A stretch of 64,000 nucleotides of DNA from Somniosus microcephalus (lineage: Eukaryota): positions 39,990,001 through 40,054,000 of the forward strand of contig CM126224.1 of assembly GCA_052327205.1 (NCBI GenBank), written 5' to 3'. The notes beneath the pieces were generated by a model, which was not told the origin of the DNA, ran no database searches, and worked only from the letters and a program-made list of their open reading frames with translations. This document shows, piece after piece, positions 12,596 to 26,512 of this stretch (within the stretch, counting starts at the first letter, position 1; each line of letters opens with the position of its first letter). Both the position numbers and the translations under genes were made by a program.

Positions 12596-15500
12596 TAAAA
12601 GATTCTATGAAGTCAATGGAAATAAAAATCGGGAGAGATATAAGATAGGCTGCCGATTCGCTATGACCGGTTTTACAGTGGAAAAGTCAAAATTGTCCGC
12701 AAGGAGTGATTTGTGCACTTGAATAATGCTTGATTCCAATAAGCAGCTCAAAGTCTTGGTTCAGAAGTTTGGTTTGATATTGACCACTTTTATCAAGCCC
12801 AAAAGGCAGAGCTGGACTCATAAATCATGCATCAGTAACAAGATAAAACACACTCAGAGAATGTTGGTACTTTCGTTCCAAATAATTTCCACTGTCAGAC
12901 TATCCTGGGCCAATAATGGACACTGCTATTTTTACTAACTTTATTACACTGACTCTCCGTACTTTGTCTGCAACAGTTTCTCCCTCCTGTGCCCATTTCC
13001 TTTGTTAGGAATTGTTTCCCTGTTTGGTTATTCTGATGATCTCCACTATTGTCCTCTTGCTCAGTGCTGAAAGAAGACTGGCATTTTTAACGTGAATCAA
13101 ATGCGCTCCTTCCTGGTTCTCCCTCCTTGCTGGTGCTCACCAGGGGACCTCTGCATACAGCAGAAATACACTGAGCGTGAAGATACTGATATCATCAGGG
13201 CTCAGTCTTCAGGCACAAACCCTTGAATGGGTAGTTTCACTTTATACATTTACCTAAGTAACGAGGGAAACTGATACCGCCCAACATACTGCAGCACCTT
13301 TCATGCAGCACAGTGCTTTTGCAATGAATCAGTTGCACCATTTTTTCTGCACTGGTAGAGCAAGGGGTATCAACCTAATGGATCTCCTTTTACCTCCTAA
13401 AGTAGGACATGATTTAAATTGCATATGGCTTTTAAATTTGAGTTCACTGACTCCAGATATTACCACTGTGATCACTTATTACTGTGGTAATATTGCCACA
13501 TCATAATGCTTCTGTTGATATTAAATATTGTCCTCAGAAGTGAAGAAGATGGTCCTGCCTTAAAAGCCACATTCAAGAGGTCTGTGATACACTGACTCTC
13601 CAGGACTAAGTCATGGTTAAATATTTCAGTTCTGTCCTTAGGTAAAGTGGAAGATTTGAGTTGAGGGAATTTATATTCCATCATGAAAAACAGCCACTGA
13701 TGTCAACTACTCAGAAAGTGTTCGTGCAACACTCAAAACCTTCTAAGTATTTGGGCCTGTTTCTCTGAGAACGTCGTGCACTGAAATGTGTGCGCTAATC
13801 CCCTGGCACGTTTACAAACCTCATGGCCACAGTTCAATGAGAATAAGCCAATTTCTAGAAAGTTCCTGTTCCATGGCTATAGAAGAATGGTGTTCTTGCT
13901 ACTCACAACAAAGACAAGTATGAAAAATATGCCAACCCATCCTTTCATTACATTTTTAGTAAGGTGTGCAGTACTTTCTATTCTTTCTGGAATAATATCA
14001 TCTATCTCTTTCTCAATAATCTAGTTCTCAAGGTTATCATGAGCAAAATAATGACTACAATTATGGACAAACGAGGTTTCTTTCCATAGTCCACTACTGT
14101 CTGACATAGCAATTCCAATCGAAACATCTCTAGATTGGGATACTTAGGACTCAAATTTAGTTTTGGAGTATGTACTGGAATGCAACTTGAAGGAGACTCA
14201 GTGAATAGTCAGGAATAGCTAAGCATTGAGTGAACAGTAAATTCAATTGTCTATGATATTATACCTGTTAGCCCTCGCCACAACTATAACCACTAACTTA
14301 TCTTGGTATTGGTACTTTGTTCTTTTCGCTGGGATTTAATACTTTGAATATGCTAACTGAAATCAGAAAGAGCAAATCAAGATTACAGGGCCAAGCCTCT
14401 TCCTCTTCCTGATTCAGAATCGCCAATATTGGATCCATTAGTTGATACAAATTGTTTAATGCCTCTGGTATGAGTCTTTCCTCACCTCGCACTCTCTAAA
14501 TCTCACCTGCCAGCCTGTTCATTTTCTTCTGCTTTTGTTGAATGAAATATGACAAGTGAATTAAAACCTGGAGTTCCACAGGTAAGAGGAAAATGATGTT
14601 ACAGTTGCAGAATCTATAGAAGAACAATGATGGAATTAGTGGTATTAAAAGAGGTGGAAGATTTGGTAATTGTATGATTACTCATGCTATTGGTGCTGGT
14701 GGACAGGGAACATGATGGGATTTCATGAGGTACAGTAGTCTGAGAAGTTACATCAGCGTCTGTCACATGAGAAACGTATCCCGCTTTAGTAACTGGCACA
14801 CAAGGGAGACATTCCAGAGAAGAGCCGCAGTGTCAGAGGATTCAAGTTATGAGGAAAAAGAGGAGGAACGTGGACTACTCAGCCTAGAAAGATTACTGAG
14901 AGGAGATCTCAAAGATGTGCTTATATATGTGTATACACACATCTTTAAACAATGGCAGTAGGACATAGGGGCACAGGTTTAAATGAGTGAAAGGCAAATT
15001 CAAACAATTGTTCTTTGCATAAAGAATAATCAACATTCGGGATGATTTGGGATGGTGGTGTAGGCAAAAACTTTGGAATCAAATAATCATTGAAATTACA
15101 GGACAGAAAGGGGCCATTTGGGTCATAGGGTTTATGCCAGTGTTGGAATAATTAAAAATACAGGAGGATACTGTGGTGGGGGACTGTAGGTTTTTCTGGA
15201 TGGAGAATCTAGGATGGTCTGAATGGATTTACACCCATATTTATCTTGCAATCTTATGAGAAGCAAAGTTAGGAGCCAGTTTAGCAGGGATAGATTAAAA
15301 TGTTTACCTCTGTTGCCATATTCACCAAATAAGAAACATAATTTAAATCCCATTGCTGCCCATTGAAAATCTGATCTTTGTATCCAATTTCCATTAAGCA
15401 AATGCAATAGAGTGCATGAGGAATGTAACCCTTGTGAATTCCTTGCTAGACTTGCCCATTGTTGCAGACCTAGACAGTGAAAGTGGTTGTGGAAGGAAAG

Positions 15501-18500
15501 AATGAGGTGTGGTATAATGCAAACTCTGTCATTATTCCTGTAAGCGGTGGAGTTTTGTCAGCTCTTGACTGGGTCATTAGATGGAATGTTTACCAGAATC
15601 CAAGTGCCTTAAGGATGTAGAGGTGACACATTAGGATCTTGTGGCTCTTCAAGAATACCTCCCTATTGTGCAGCATTGTTGGCAGCTTTATTTTAATCTC
15701 CGAGGTCAATTGTTTGAAAGACAAGTTAGATTTGCTCTTCACTTGTGACACTTGAGGATGGGTTTAGTAAGGAACATTAGAAGTTTAGAAGAAACAGAAC
15801 TTAAGGTGTGCATGACAAAGACTTAATACTGAAATATTTCACAAGAGGCAGACAGATATAATGCACGCTTCCTATTTTGGGTGCATATCTCTACGTTGTT
15901 GATTGTACAGTTTTGTCTTTGTAGGCAGTAAATAGTAATCGGTGAAGTGAAAGGAGCGTTTGTTCAGATAGTGATTATTTTGAAGTTTCCATACACTTAA
16001 TTTCTTGCCAATGCAAATCTACCTTCAGCTTGGAGAGCAGACAGGTCCCTGTCTATCCAATATTGATGTGGTGACTTTCTCCAAATCTTAATAGTAGCTA
16101 TCTGATAGATTTTGAGAAAACATCTCGAGCCCATTAAACTGAATAAAATCCTAGCCAGACAGTGCAGCTGATTAAAATGTTTACACTAGTTCCCATATTC
16201 ACTGAAAGGAATGAAAAGCATATTTGAAATCTCTTATTTAAAATGTTAATGAGTACACTGCCATAGTGAGCAAAATGTTCCCTGTATCCAGTTGTTCCCA
16301 TTAAGCAAACACTCTAAGGTCTCCGGGAAATTAATTGTGCTTGAGCAAATTCCTTTTGAAGTGAATGTTCCCATTAAAAAGGTGCATTTTAACTGGTATG
16401 TACTGTATATGCCATTGCCTGCCCCACAGGGAGCATTTTTGATGGTATAAGTGGGTACAGATTATTTTGATCTCCCTCATTTTTTGGCATTTAGTTGCAG
16501 TACTGAATCTGAAATTAATGATTACACTGTGCATACGTGTCTCCACTGGTGAAATAGGTTTGAGACATATTGTAGTCCCATAGGCTTTTTGGAATGGCCA
16601 TGGTTGATTGTCATACACAACAAAGATGTTGTTTAATGTCTTGGAATGACAAACTATTTAAAATGTCACTGATGGTGCTGCTGCCAGTCAGAATACTGTC
16701 GTTCCTCCTTTGTTACCTAGTTTTGGATCCAGCGCTCACTGATGGGATGAAAGTCTCTTCTCTGCTGATTATAAGTTTCCTGAGTGAAATGAGTTTGTAC
16801 ATAACAACAATGACGGCACTTCAAAAAAGTAATCCACTGTTTATAAAGCACATTGCAATGTTCTGAAGACGTGATAGAGTGCTATATAAATTGAGGGTTT
16901 TTTCTGTCAGTTTGAATTGGTTGGCGAGCTTCTTAACTCTGAGTTATAAGTTACCTTTGAGTTCAAGCCCCACTCCAGAACCTGAGCTCCTAATCTAGAC
17001 TGACATTCCCAGTGTCCTGGACAACATACCTCCTTCAAACAACACCACATCCCCACAGATCAACTGGCCATTCATCACAAAGCCGTTTGTCAGATCTTAC
17101 TGTGCTTAAAATGGGTGCCATAGTTATATACTTAACAAAACTCACTATACTTTATTATTTGTGAAATGTTTGGAACACTTCTGAGAGATGTGAGGAAATG
17201 CTATGTCGATGCAAGTTTTTCTTTTGTTCTAATTAGAAGGTCACACTTTTATCTTTCAACTACCAGATGGGTCGTGAATGAAAGATTCTGAGTGAATTTT
17301 ACATTTTATTTTACATTTACATTTTACTTTACATTTGCCTGAAACCCCAGCATTTTCTTTAGATTTTCACTTGAAGGATTTTAAAAAAACTATTTGGAAC
17401 ATTTGAAACACTACATTGATCTACGTTTTTAAAAAAATGTAATGGGTGACTTTTTAGAATTGAGAACTTAAGTAGCTGTAAAAATAATTATGTTCCAACA
17501 GCAATGACCACACTATCGCTGAATTAGCTACTGTTTCAATTGATGGGATTGTCAAAAGAGGAACAAGAATACAATCCTACTTCACAGTGTCTGGTGAAAT
17601 ATTCGCTGTTGGAAACAGCAACAGAGATTTTGCCTTTCTTGTCAGAACTAGTTAGTTAGTTAGAGTATCCTACATGATGCAATGGTTTCTGATGTTCCAA
17701 ACCACTGGATGCTCTGGAAACTAAGACTGATCATACAAATGTATGGCATTTGCCTGTTGACCTTGATGGGACATTTCTTCACCTTATAAGTAGAAGCATC
17801 GCATTAACTCAGTTGTCTTTATGATGAGGACATGCAGGCTTACATTATATGATAGTGACTCACTGGAAAACAACTGCATTATAGGTTCCCACCTGTTTGG
17901 TTCTTATGGTAATAACGTTATGCCTCTGTCATGGGTTGTGAAGTTAATGGATGGAAGTGGAAGGGCTGTGTGCTTCAGCAGTTCGATGAGCGATGAAATT
18001 CGGAAGAGGAATGTTTTGGGCAAGGGAAAAGCATTTGGAAATGTCTCAATATTCTACATTAAAGAGAGATTATCCCCCGTTGGGATCCATTTAATAAGTC
18101 ACATTCACCACAGGCTCTCCTATTTACATCAGTTGTACTACGAAGTTCAAGGCAACTGCAGAAAATGGCAATTTTTAAGATGGTCACAAAAAAATGAATA
18201 AGTCATGAATTAAAAAGTAAAACAATGACCATGGAATTCATTAAACATTAAGGTACCTACATTAAACAATTAAAGATACTATTTAATTAAAACCAAATCC
18301 ATTTTAAAGTGTGGTATATATCAGGTTCCTTTGATTACAGACAATCTGTACCCTGGCACTGTAAAGAATGAGAAAATATAAAGTAAATCCATCTAAAACT
18401 CTCACTGTTATTACACTTGGTCCATGTTAATTATACTATCCTGTTGCTTGTAACTGATCTGTATTGCAGAGCAAAACATGTAGAGATAGTATTAAAATAC

Positions 18501-21500
18501 TGGCCGTTAGTCAAAAGGGAAAGAAAAAACCCTATCCTGATTTGTTATCCTTTCAGTACAAATCCCCCGTGTCTGAAATGATCATCTGCCAGGTAGTCTG
18601 CTGTTTACCAAGAGCCCAATTGGAGAGGCTTACACCTATAGTTGAGGGCTGGAATCAGTCCCACACACAGTTCAGGAAACCAGAGACTGACACATCAGTG
18701 TAACAACCGCTGCTCACCTTTAACATCCTGGTTTTAAAAAAACATTCCGTGTTGGCCACCTCAAGTGCCCTTATGTGATTCTTGCGTGAGGGCCACTTCT
18801 GTAATGGCAAGGTGACAGATAATCTGACCTTTGTTTTGCTGAAATCCTTTTTTTACTGCAGCAGCAAGCAGAGCTTTAACCCTTAACCCTGTCATTTACT
18901 AAATCTTGTTCCAGTCTTACTACAATAAACGTTGAAAGCAAAGAGCCAAAAAACAATCATTAGACACCACTACGTCTACTGATGGACTTTATGGGGTGGA
19001 TTTTGACTGTGCAATAGTGACTTGAATGGAAATATCAATCGGGAGAGGTGTAAAATGAGCTGCTGATTTGCTATCAGTTTATGGCATAAGCACTTTTTAT
19101 ATGCTGGAGTTCTTGTTTCTAAATTATGTTTCATTCTCTCTTTCTCTTTTTACATTTCCACCCACTCATCCCCAGTTAATTCCGTGTCTTGATACAGTGG
19201 GAGGCCAGATTGCTCAGTTTGGCCAGTGTTATGATTGCTCTGTCTTGAGGGAGGTACGAGAATGACCTCAGTGGGACTCGCCATCCGGTTGGTGCCTCTT
19301 ACTGCTTTCTTTGGTTGTCACAACTGAGATTTTGTTCCCACGTCGCCCCCATTCCACCCCCATTCCTCTCAGGAAAAGTGCAGATTCTTGCTGGGGTACG
19401 ATTCCTCAGATGATAGATGCCCTCCAGTGATTCACGTTAACCTGTGAAGTGAGCATTGGTGGGCTATTTGAGCTGGGGTTGTGCGGGGACGGGGTGGGGT
19501 GGGGGGTTGTTACTACTGTCGAGCCTGATCCAATTCTCGCCCAACATATACACACACACACACACTTTCCAGCATAGATTACTAGATAGCAATCAGGAAT
19601 GGCGAACCCTGGGCTGATGTTTTACCTCCCTCCCCATCCCATAAACACTGTAGCCAATTGTTGCCTCCCAACTCAGCATGGGTCAAAGGTCAAACCTGGG
19701 ATCTTCCTGATCTATATGGCTCAGTTTGATGCCATGATGTACACTTTCCCAGCAAGCCATTGGGAGAACTATGGCCGGGATCTTAACCGGCGGGATGATG
19801 GCTGGCACATGGTTGTGCACTGCCATCCCATGGCCCGATGGGTTTGGGACGCTGACGGGCACAACATACTGGCTACAGATTGTATATACCCAGCCGTCAT
19901 ACTTTGAAAATTCATTCGAAACGCCATTATAAAAGTCAGTAATTATAGTTGGTTTTTTTTGTGTTAGCATCTCACTAACTTGCCTCAAATTTGCATGTCT
20001 CATTCGTGGGAAAATAACTGGCGATCACTTGTTGCAACACGACTTGAATCACAATCAGCTTAACCTCAATAACCTCATTTGCCTACACAACACTCACTGC
20101 ACTGCGGGGAAAAAAATCACTGCGTGCACTTCTTTTGAGATGGTTTTGACGAGGTGATAAGGGCGCTATATAAATGAAGAACAGGTACCCTCCGCACCTC
20201 CCAGTACTACTGTCCACTCAGCTCATGGGCATTGTGCTCAGTTCGGGCAGGAAAGGTTGTATTCGTTACTCTAATCCCATGTGACTTCATTCTGAATAAA
20301 GCAAATTGAATCATAAAGCTAATTTTTCGTACTTCTGCAGTGCCTGTGGCAGAGAGAGAGAAATAACTGGCAACCTCCGCAAATTAATGGAGCTTGAGGT
20401 TATTCAAGTGCAGAGAAAGAGAAACACGCTCACAGTGGAGATTGTCTTAATAATTGGGGCAAACGCTCTGAAAAGTTAGCATACTATTCCCCACACGTTA
20501 TTCCTGAAATTGTTTTTAAAAGCTGTTTGTGGTGTTATGACAGCGGTAATGCTTTAGCCTCCCATCTGCAGCAAATAAATACTGTATATAGGATAATAAA
20601 TGGCTGGCAGCAAGTTACAGGGCAGTAATTCAATTGAGCATATCTAGGGATGCAATAAACCTTGAGAGTGAAGCTCGGGCGATTTACAAATGTCACCAGA
20701 ACTGCAAGATTGAATTACTGCCTCAAATCCACTGCCAGCTTTTTGTTATTCTTTATATGTAGTATATTGTGTTTTTCAAAAAACATTGTCTTATTTTCTT
20801 TTATAGATCTTAAAACGCTTTTATTTAACTGTTATACAGTGGGCACCGTCGTTAAGGTGATAAAACATTGGAGTTGAAGGCATAAGTAAGAGGGGGAGGG
20901 GTTAAGTCGAGTTGCCCCCGCTACCCTTTCCAATTCTCTCCCCCTTTCCTGAAGGCACCTGCCGAGGTAAGGGAGCCATCATGTCCAAGTGGCTATTCCA
21001 TATGTGTGAGTCTAGTCAGTGCATGTTGCCAGGCTATCCAACTGTGGAGGGCATCGTGCCCAAAAGCTGATGTGAAAGTTCATACTGGCACACTTTCCAG
21101 CAGGGTTCACGGGACTGTGAGACCAGGTATGGATACCCCAGTTAATTGTTCCCCTCCTAGCCCAGGGTCGCTCAGGCCAAATGTCCCAAACCAACTCCTA
21201 ACTCCAGCTGATGCAAGCTGGCTCGACACAGGCCACGGATTGAATCCGGGACCTTCTGGTCTCTTTGGCTTAGTATCGCACCACGTGCTCCGTTTAACCA
21301 TTAACCCATCAGAGTAGCTTTTAAAAGAAATAGTACACAGCAAAACACATAATACACTTCACATTATAAATGAGTCTGGGACGAGTGCCCTTCTTCACAG
21401 GTTAATAAACATTGAAGCGTTCAGTCTTGGGCAGTCATTTTAATAACACTTTAGCAAAACCAAATCCATTTTGCATGATATTAAAGCTTATTATAGACAG

Positions 21501-23655
21501 AAGGAACAGTAAATTTTCAAAGCATTTAGCTGCACAGTTTAAGAGTCACACTTGTGATGAATCTTAGCACAGAGTAGCTGCACTTTAAAACTACGCTTCT
21601 GTTAAGAATTGTGCAATGTTTCTCACTTGCATTTGTTTGCACTCAGAGCAATTTATGGAGTTCTGACTGCTCCAGTGTATGCCCAACCAAATTACACTTC
21701 AGTGTTTATAAGATGCTGCCACTCTGTATTTGCCCCACTTACATTCTGCAGAGAAACGAAGAGAACCACCAACAACTTTAATTCAGGCACAGAATGGTGA
21801 ATTTATGGAAGGGATTGTGGAAGGGGAATAGTGTTGACAAATTCAAGAAGCAACAAGATAGGTATTTGCCAGTGAGAGCGACTGAGGGGAATGAAAGACA
21901 GAGCAGTGTATGGCATTCTTTTAACTTTGGGATCCAATCGTTTCTTCCCTTCCTGCATATTCTCGTGTTACCACGTAAAGCTCGATTTTGACAATCGCGA
22001 CTTGAAAGCAACTGTGCTGCGGGACCTTTCCAGCCGTATTGTTGATGTTTTAAGTTTCTGGCCGCAAGCCTTCCACGATGAGGCTTTCCAGCAATGAGAG
22101 CTCAAGCTGCCCGCAGACAGCACAAGATGGACGTTTGCAACGTCTCGTCCCCCGGGTCGCTTTTCACATTTGCCACCCTCCCCACTGGGACCCGAGTGCC
22201 TGCGGGCACCAAATATTGCCCCGTGTATAGTACAGCACTGCGCCAGCTCCTTCACCACCGCTAAATAAACGCAAGATCCCTAGAACGTTTTATATCATCC
22301 TTTTTATTAAGCAAATGGCTAAAATTAATGCTCCTGCTATGCCTGTGAAGCGAACGGTCAAACCTCAAAACACACAACGGGTGCCTCTTGTCAGGGGCAC
22401 CGACGGATTTCTCTTTACAAATGGCCAATGGTCACGCTGATAATTCCCTCAGAGAGCGAGTGTATCAGATGCGTGTGCTGAGCGGCAACCATTGCCGGCT
22501 GATTGTGATACATTGATGACAAAGCGCGCATCAATCCGGCGGGGAGGAGCTGAGAAGACCATGTAAACAATGAACGGGTGTCGGGTTTGGCTTGGCGGGG
22601 CAGAGAGAGAGAGAGACCACATTTATTTGCCTCTCGCGGCAGTCTGTAAACAGTGTAGCCACAACTGCTCGTCAGTACACTTTTGGTTTTAACCATCCCT
22701 CGCAGATGTGTGCAAGCGCATAAGGTTAAAAAGCGGGTCCCCACTCCGCACTTGAGGCAGGAGCCCCGCTCACCGAGGCGTTTTGAGAGAGAATATCAAT
22801 ATAAACAAGGGCAATTATCAGACTGCAAGTGGCCTCTGCAAAGAAAAATTACTACTGGTTAGAAAAATGTGGACTTGCAGCTTTAGAGTCCTTAAGTATC
22901 TCCCTTTATGTCATAAACGACTTTGAAGTCATTTGCGGTTTCCAAGGCGTTAACAACTAACAAAACCTGATTACCCAATTTTTGTCTCTTGTGATTTGAA
23001 TTTTCATTTTCATTTATTGTCAGCCACAGACAACAATAAATCTTTAAAGATGGCCCAGCAGCACAACAGCAGTAGTTAGCAAGATATTTGTGTATTTTTA
23101 GAGCTTGCTTTCCCATGCTACTCAGCTGTCATTAACTAATGCATAACAAAGTAGTCTGCCGTCAGAAGTGAAGGGTTCCCAATCTGAGCTGTTTTGATCA
23201 AATAATTTTTCACATGAAAGAGTTAGGACCTGAATAGTGTCTAATTGTAATCAGTTTACTTTGGTCTCCGACAACCCTGGGTGGCCATTAATGGAGCACA
23301 CTGGCCAATTTACATTAGAATATAGGGTTTTAGGATTGAGACACATTGCTCCGTATTAGTGGCTTGAATGGGCTGTGCCCACAGTGTGACAACAGTCCCT
23401 CTGCATAAAGCTTCACCAGGGAGAATGTGGGTTCCTGGAGAAAAATAAAAGCCTCATTGCTGACTTTAGAGAAAAATAAAACTTTGTGAGAATTCACTTC
23501 TGTTGGAAGAATCAACGGGAGTTGCAATTCAAAGAAAACCAACATTTTCATTCAAAATACCATGATCCAACATGTGGTGTACAGTATCTTTTTGCTGTAC
23601 GGTACCAATAGGGGTTTCATTATCTCTGGTAGTGGGCAAAGTAATCTTATGTGAA

Positions 23656-24037
23656 ATAACAACAGAAAATGCTGGAAGCACTCAACAGGCCAGGCAGCAT
23701 CTGTGGAGAGAAAAACAGAGTTAACGTTTCAGGTCTGGGACCCTTCATCAGAACTGGAAAAGGTTCGAGATGTATCAGACATTAAGCAGGTGCAGGGGGA
23801 GGGAAAGGGGGAAGGGAGGGGAGGGGAGGAACTGAAGGAACATTCTGTGCTAGGGTAGGAGGCAGGAGTGGTTAAATGTTGCAAATGGGGATTGCAGAAT
23901 CATCAACAGCCTGAAAAATGGGGGCAGGGGTTATGATCTGAAATTGTTGAACTCGATGTTGAGTCCTGAAGGCTGTAAAGTGCCTAATCGAAAGTTGAGG
24001 TGCTGTTCCTCGAGCTTACGCTGAGCTTCACTGGAAC
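23656..24037 (-). mobile_element. Penelope-like element 3' fragment (GIY-YIG endonuclease C-terminus, 3' UTR, hammerhead terminal repeat)
   Basis: Minus strand 24038-23931 translates to CSSEAQRKLEEQHLNFRLGTLQPSGLNIEFNNFRS*, the typical PLE GIY-YIG end (LxTLxPxGLN). TSD agtaat(c/t)ttatgtgaa at 23640-23655 and 24038-24053. Confidence 0.9.
23721..23753 (-). ncRNA. Minimal type I hammerhead ribozyme motif (PLE-associated)
   Basis: Minus strand reads ttCTGATGAagggtc-cca-gacctGAAACGTTAa: intact CUGAUGA and GAAA core, a stem II, and the short palindromic stem III typical of PLE hammerheads. Confidence 0.75.
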
Positions 24038-24296
24038 AGTAATTTTATGTGAACGTGTTAACTATCGGAGGAAATTAAAGAAAGAAATGCACTTGCATTT
24101 ATACGGCGCCTTTCACGACTTCAGGACATCCCAAAGCGCTTCGCAGCCAATTAAGTACTTTTGAAGTGTAGATATTGTTGTATTGTCGTCTGAACGCAGC
24201 AGCCAATTTGTGCACAACCAGGTCCCACAAACAGCAATGAGATAAATGACCAGATAATTTGTTTTAGTGATGTTGGTTGAAGGATAAATATTGTCC

Positions 24297-25035
24297 AGGA
24301 GAACTCTCTTCAGCACAGTGCATGATGTTTCACTGGAGCTTCAGTCCCTGTCTGTAGTGAGCTAGGAGAACTCTCTTCATCACAGTGCATGATGTTTCAC
24401 TGGAGCTTCAGTCCCTGTCTGTAGTGAGCTAGGAGAACTCTCTTCATCACAGTGCATGATGTTTCACTGGAGCTTCAGTCCCTGTCTGTAGTGAGCTAGG
24501 AGAACTCTCTTCAGCACAGTGCATGATGTTTCACTGGAGCTTCAGTCCCTGTCTGTAGTGAGCTAGGAGAACTCTCTTCAGCACAGTGCATGATGTTTCA
24601 CTGGAGCTTCAGTCCCTGTCTGTAGTGAGCTAGGAGAACTCTCTTCAGCACAGTGCATGATGTTTCACTGGAGCTTCAGTCCCTGTCTGTAGTGAGCTAG
24701 GAGAACTCTCTTCATCACAGTGCATGATGTTTCACTGGAGCTTCAGTCCCTGTCTGTAGTGAGCTAGGAGAACTCTCTTCATCACAGTGCATGATGTTTC
24801 ACTGGAGCTTCAGTCCCTGTCTGTAGTGAGCTAGGAGAACTCTCTTCATCACAGTGCATGATGTTTCACCGGAGCTTCAGTCCCTGTCTGTAGTGAGTTA
24901 GGAGAACTCTCTTCATCACAGTGCATGATGTTTCACTGGAGCTTCAGTCCCTGTCTGTAGTGAGCTAGGAGAACTCTCTTCATCACAGTGCATGATGTTT
25001 CACTGGAGCTTCAGTCCCTGTCTGTAGTGAGCTAG
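24297..25035. repeat. Minisatellite, 11 copies of a 67-bp unit
   Basis: Unit aggagaactctcttca(g/t)cacagtgcatgatgtttcactggagcttcagtccctgtctgtagtgagct starts at 24297, 24364, ... 24967; copies are nearly identical. Confidence 0.97.
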
Positions 25036-25697
25036 CTGATCTCGGCTGACAACTGAAAGAGGGAATGAACTTGCATTATATGGTATTTATGTGCGCACAG
25101 GAAGGGCCAACAAACATCTATGAGATAAATGACCAGATAATCTGCTTCAGTGATGTTGGTTGAGGGATAAATGTTGGCCATCACTCTTCTTCGATTGGGT
25201 GCCATGGGATCTTCTACGCCCACCTGAGAGGGTAGATGGGACCTTGGTGTAACATCTCATCCGAAGACAGGACGTCCGATAGTGCAGCACTCCCTCAGTA
25301 CTGCACTTAAATGTCAGCCTAGATTATGTGTTCAGGTCAAACACCTAAAACAAGACTAAGTCAGTGGTTTGCAAACATTTCTGTGAGAGGAAGCTTCTGC
25401 AAATATTGACAGGCTCCTGAGGCTCTTAGTGCTAACTTCTAGAAGACAGTGTCATCGACCCAAATGAAAGCAGTGCTAACATCACAACAAATGTGTTTTA
25501 TTAGGATAATAAAGCAACAGAAATAACAAACTAATCAGTCAATAAATACAGAAATCTGTCGACAAACAGAATTCTGATCACCCACAGACTCCCTGGGATC
25601 CTCTCTAGCACTCCAGATTCCAGGTGAACCAGTTTGAAAACCAAGGGATTTAACCAATCTAGAGCAATATTGAAACAGCATGTAAATTAAGACACAA

Positions 25698-26512
25698 AGG
25701 GGTAGAGTTTCTGCTCGGTTGCGCTGGTATTTTCGGTGCAATTCGCCCGAAATCAGCGTAACCCATGCAAAAGATCGCAAAATTTAAGCGCAAAATACGC
25801 TCCACGGTCTTCTGCATTATTTTAAAAAAACATCGCGCTGGAAGCAGGCCCCGCCCACAAACCTGCCCCTCCTCCCAGGATGAGTTATTCATCATTGTAG
25901 AGTTTCTGCTAAATTAAGCTGCTTCCTTTGAAAGAAGAAAGACAGACTTGCATTTATATAGCGCCTTTCACGACCACCAGACGTCCTAAGGCACTTTACA
26001 GCCAATGAAGTACTTTTTGAACTGTAGTCACTGTTGTAATGTAGGAAATGTTGCGTGCAAGGACACTGATGGGGACGTTTTAAAAGCTTTTGAATGTATT
26101 TTATTTATTAAGGAACTGACTACTGTACCCCAGTATAACTAGCAAATGGTTCTGTATATTTTTTTTAAGTCATTTTCAGCAATTTAAATGAGGTTACTCA
26201 CAGGTGGTGGATTGACACTCTGATTTAAAATGCTTGTTTTTTGTGATAAACCCATTTTCAGCAGTTTTAGTCAAACTGCACCAGGTTACCACTCTTAAAT
26301 AATCATGAAATATTTTTTAAAGCAAATTTAAAAAAAATTATGTTCTATAACGCAGCCTGATTGCGCTGGTTCACGGCAGAATTTACATTCAGCGATATGC
26401 AAATGAGTTTGAGCGGCAACTTGAGAAAAACACACTTCTCAAAACTAGTGCAATTTAGGGTGCAATTTGCGCCCGGATCGCTGTTTGTGCCCAAAGTGGA
26501 AACTCTATCCCC
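25698..26512. mobile_element. Non-autonomous DNA transposon (Harbinger-like TIRs) containing a SINE 3' fragment at ~25935-26050
   Basis: Termini aggggtagagtttc and gaaactctatcccc are imperfect inverted repeats, with CpG-rich subterminal regions. Confidence 0.6.

Noticed and set aside
24297-25035. CRISPR array or tandem C/D snoRNA cluster
   Set aside because: Units are contiguous and nearly identical with no unique spacers, and the context is a vertebrate intron. The ATGATGT is only C-box-like and the unit has no CTGA D box.
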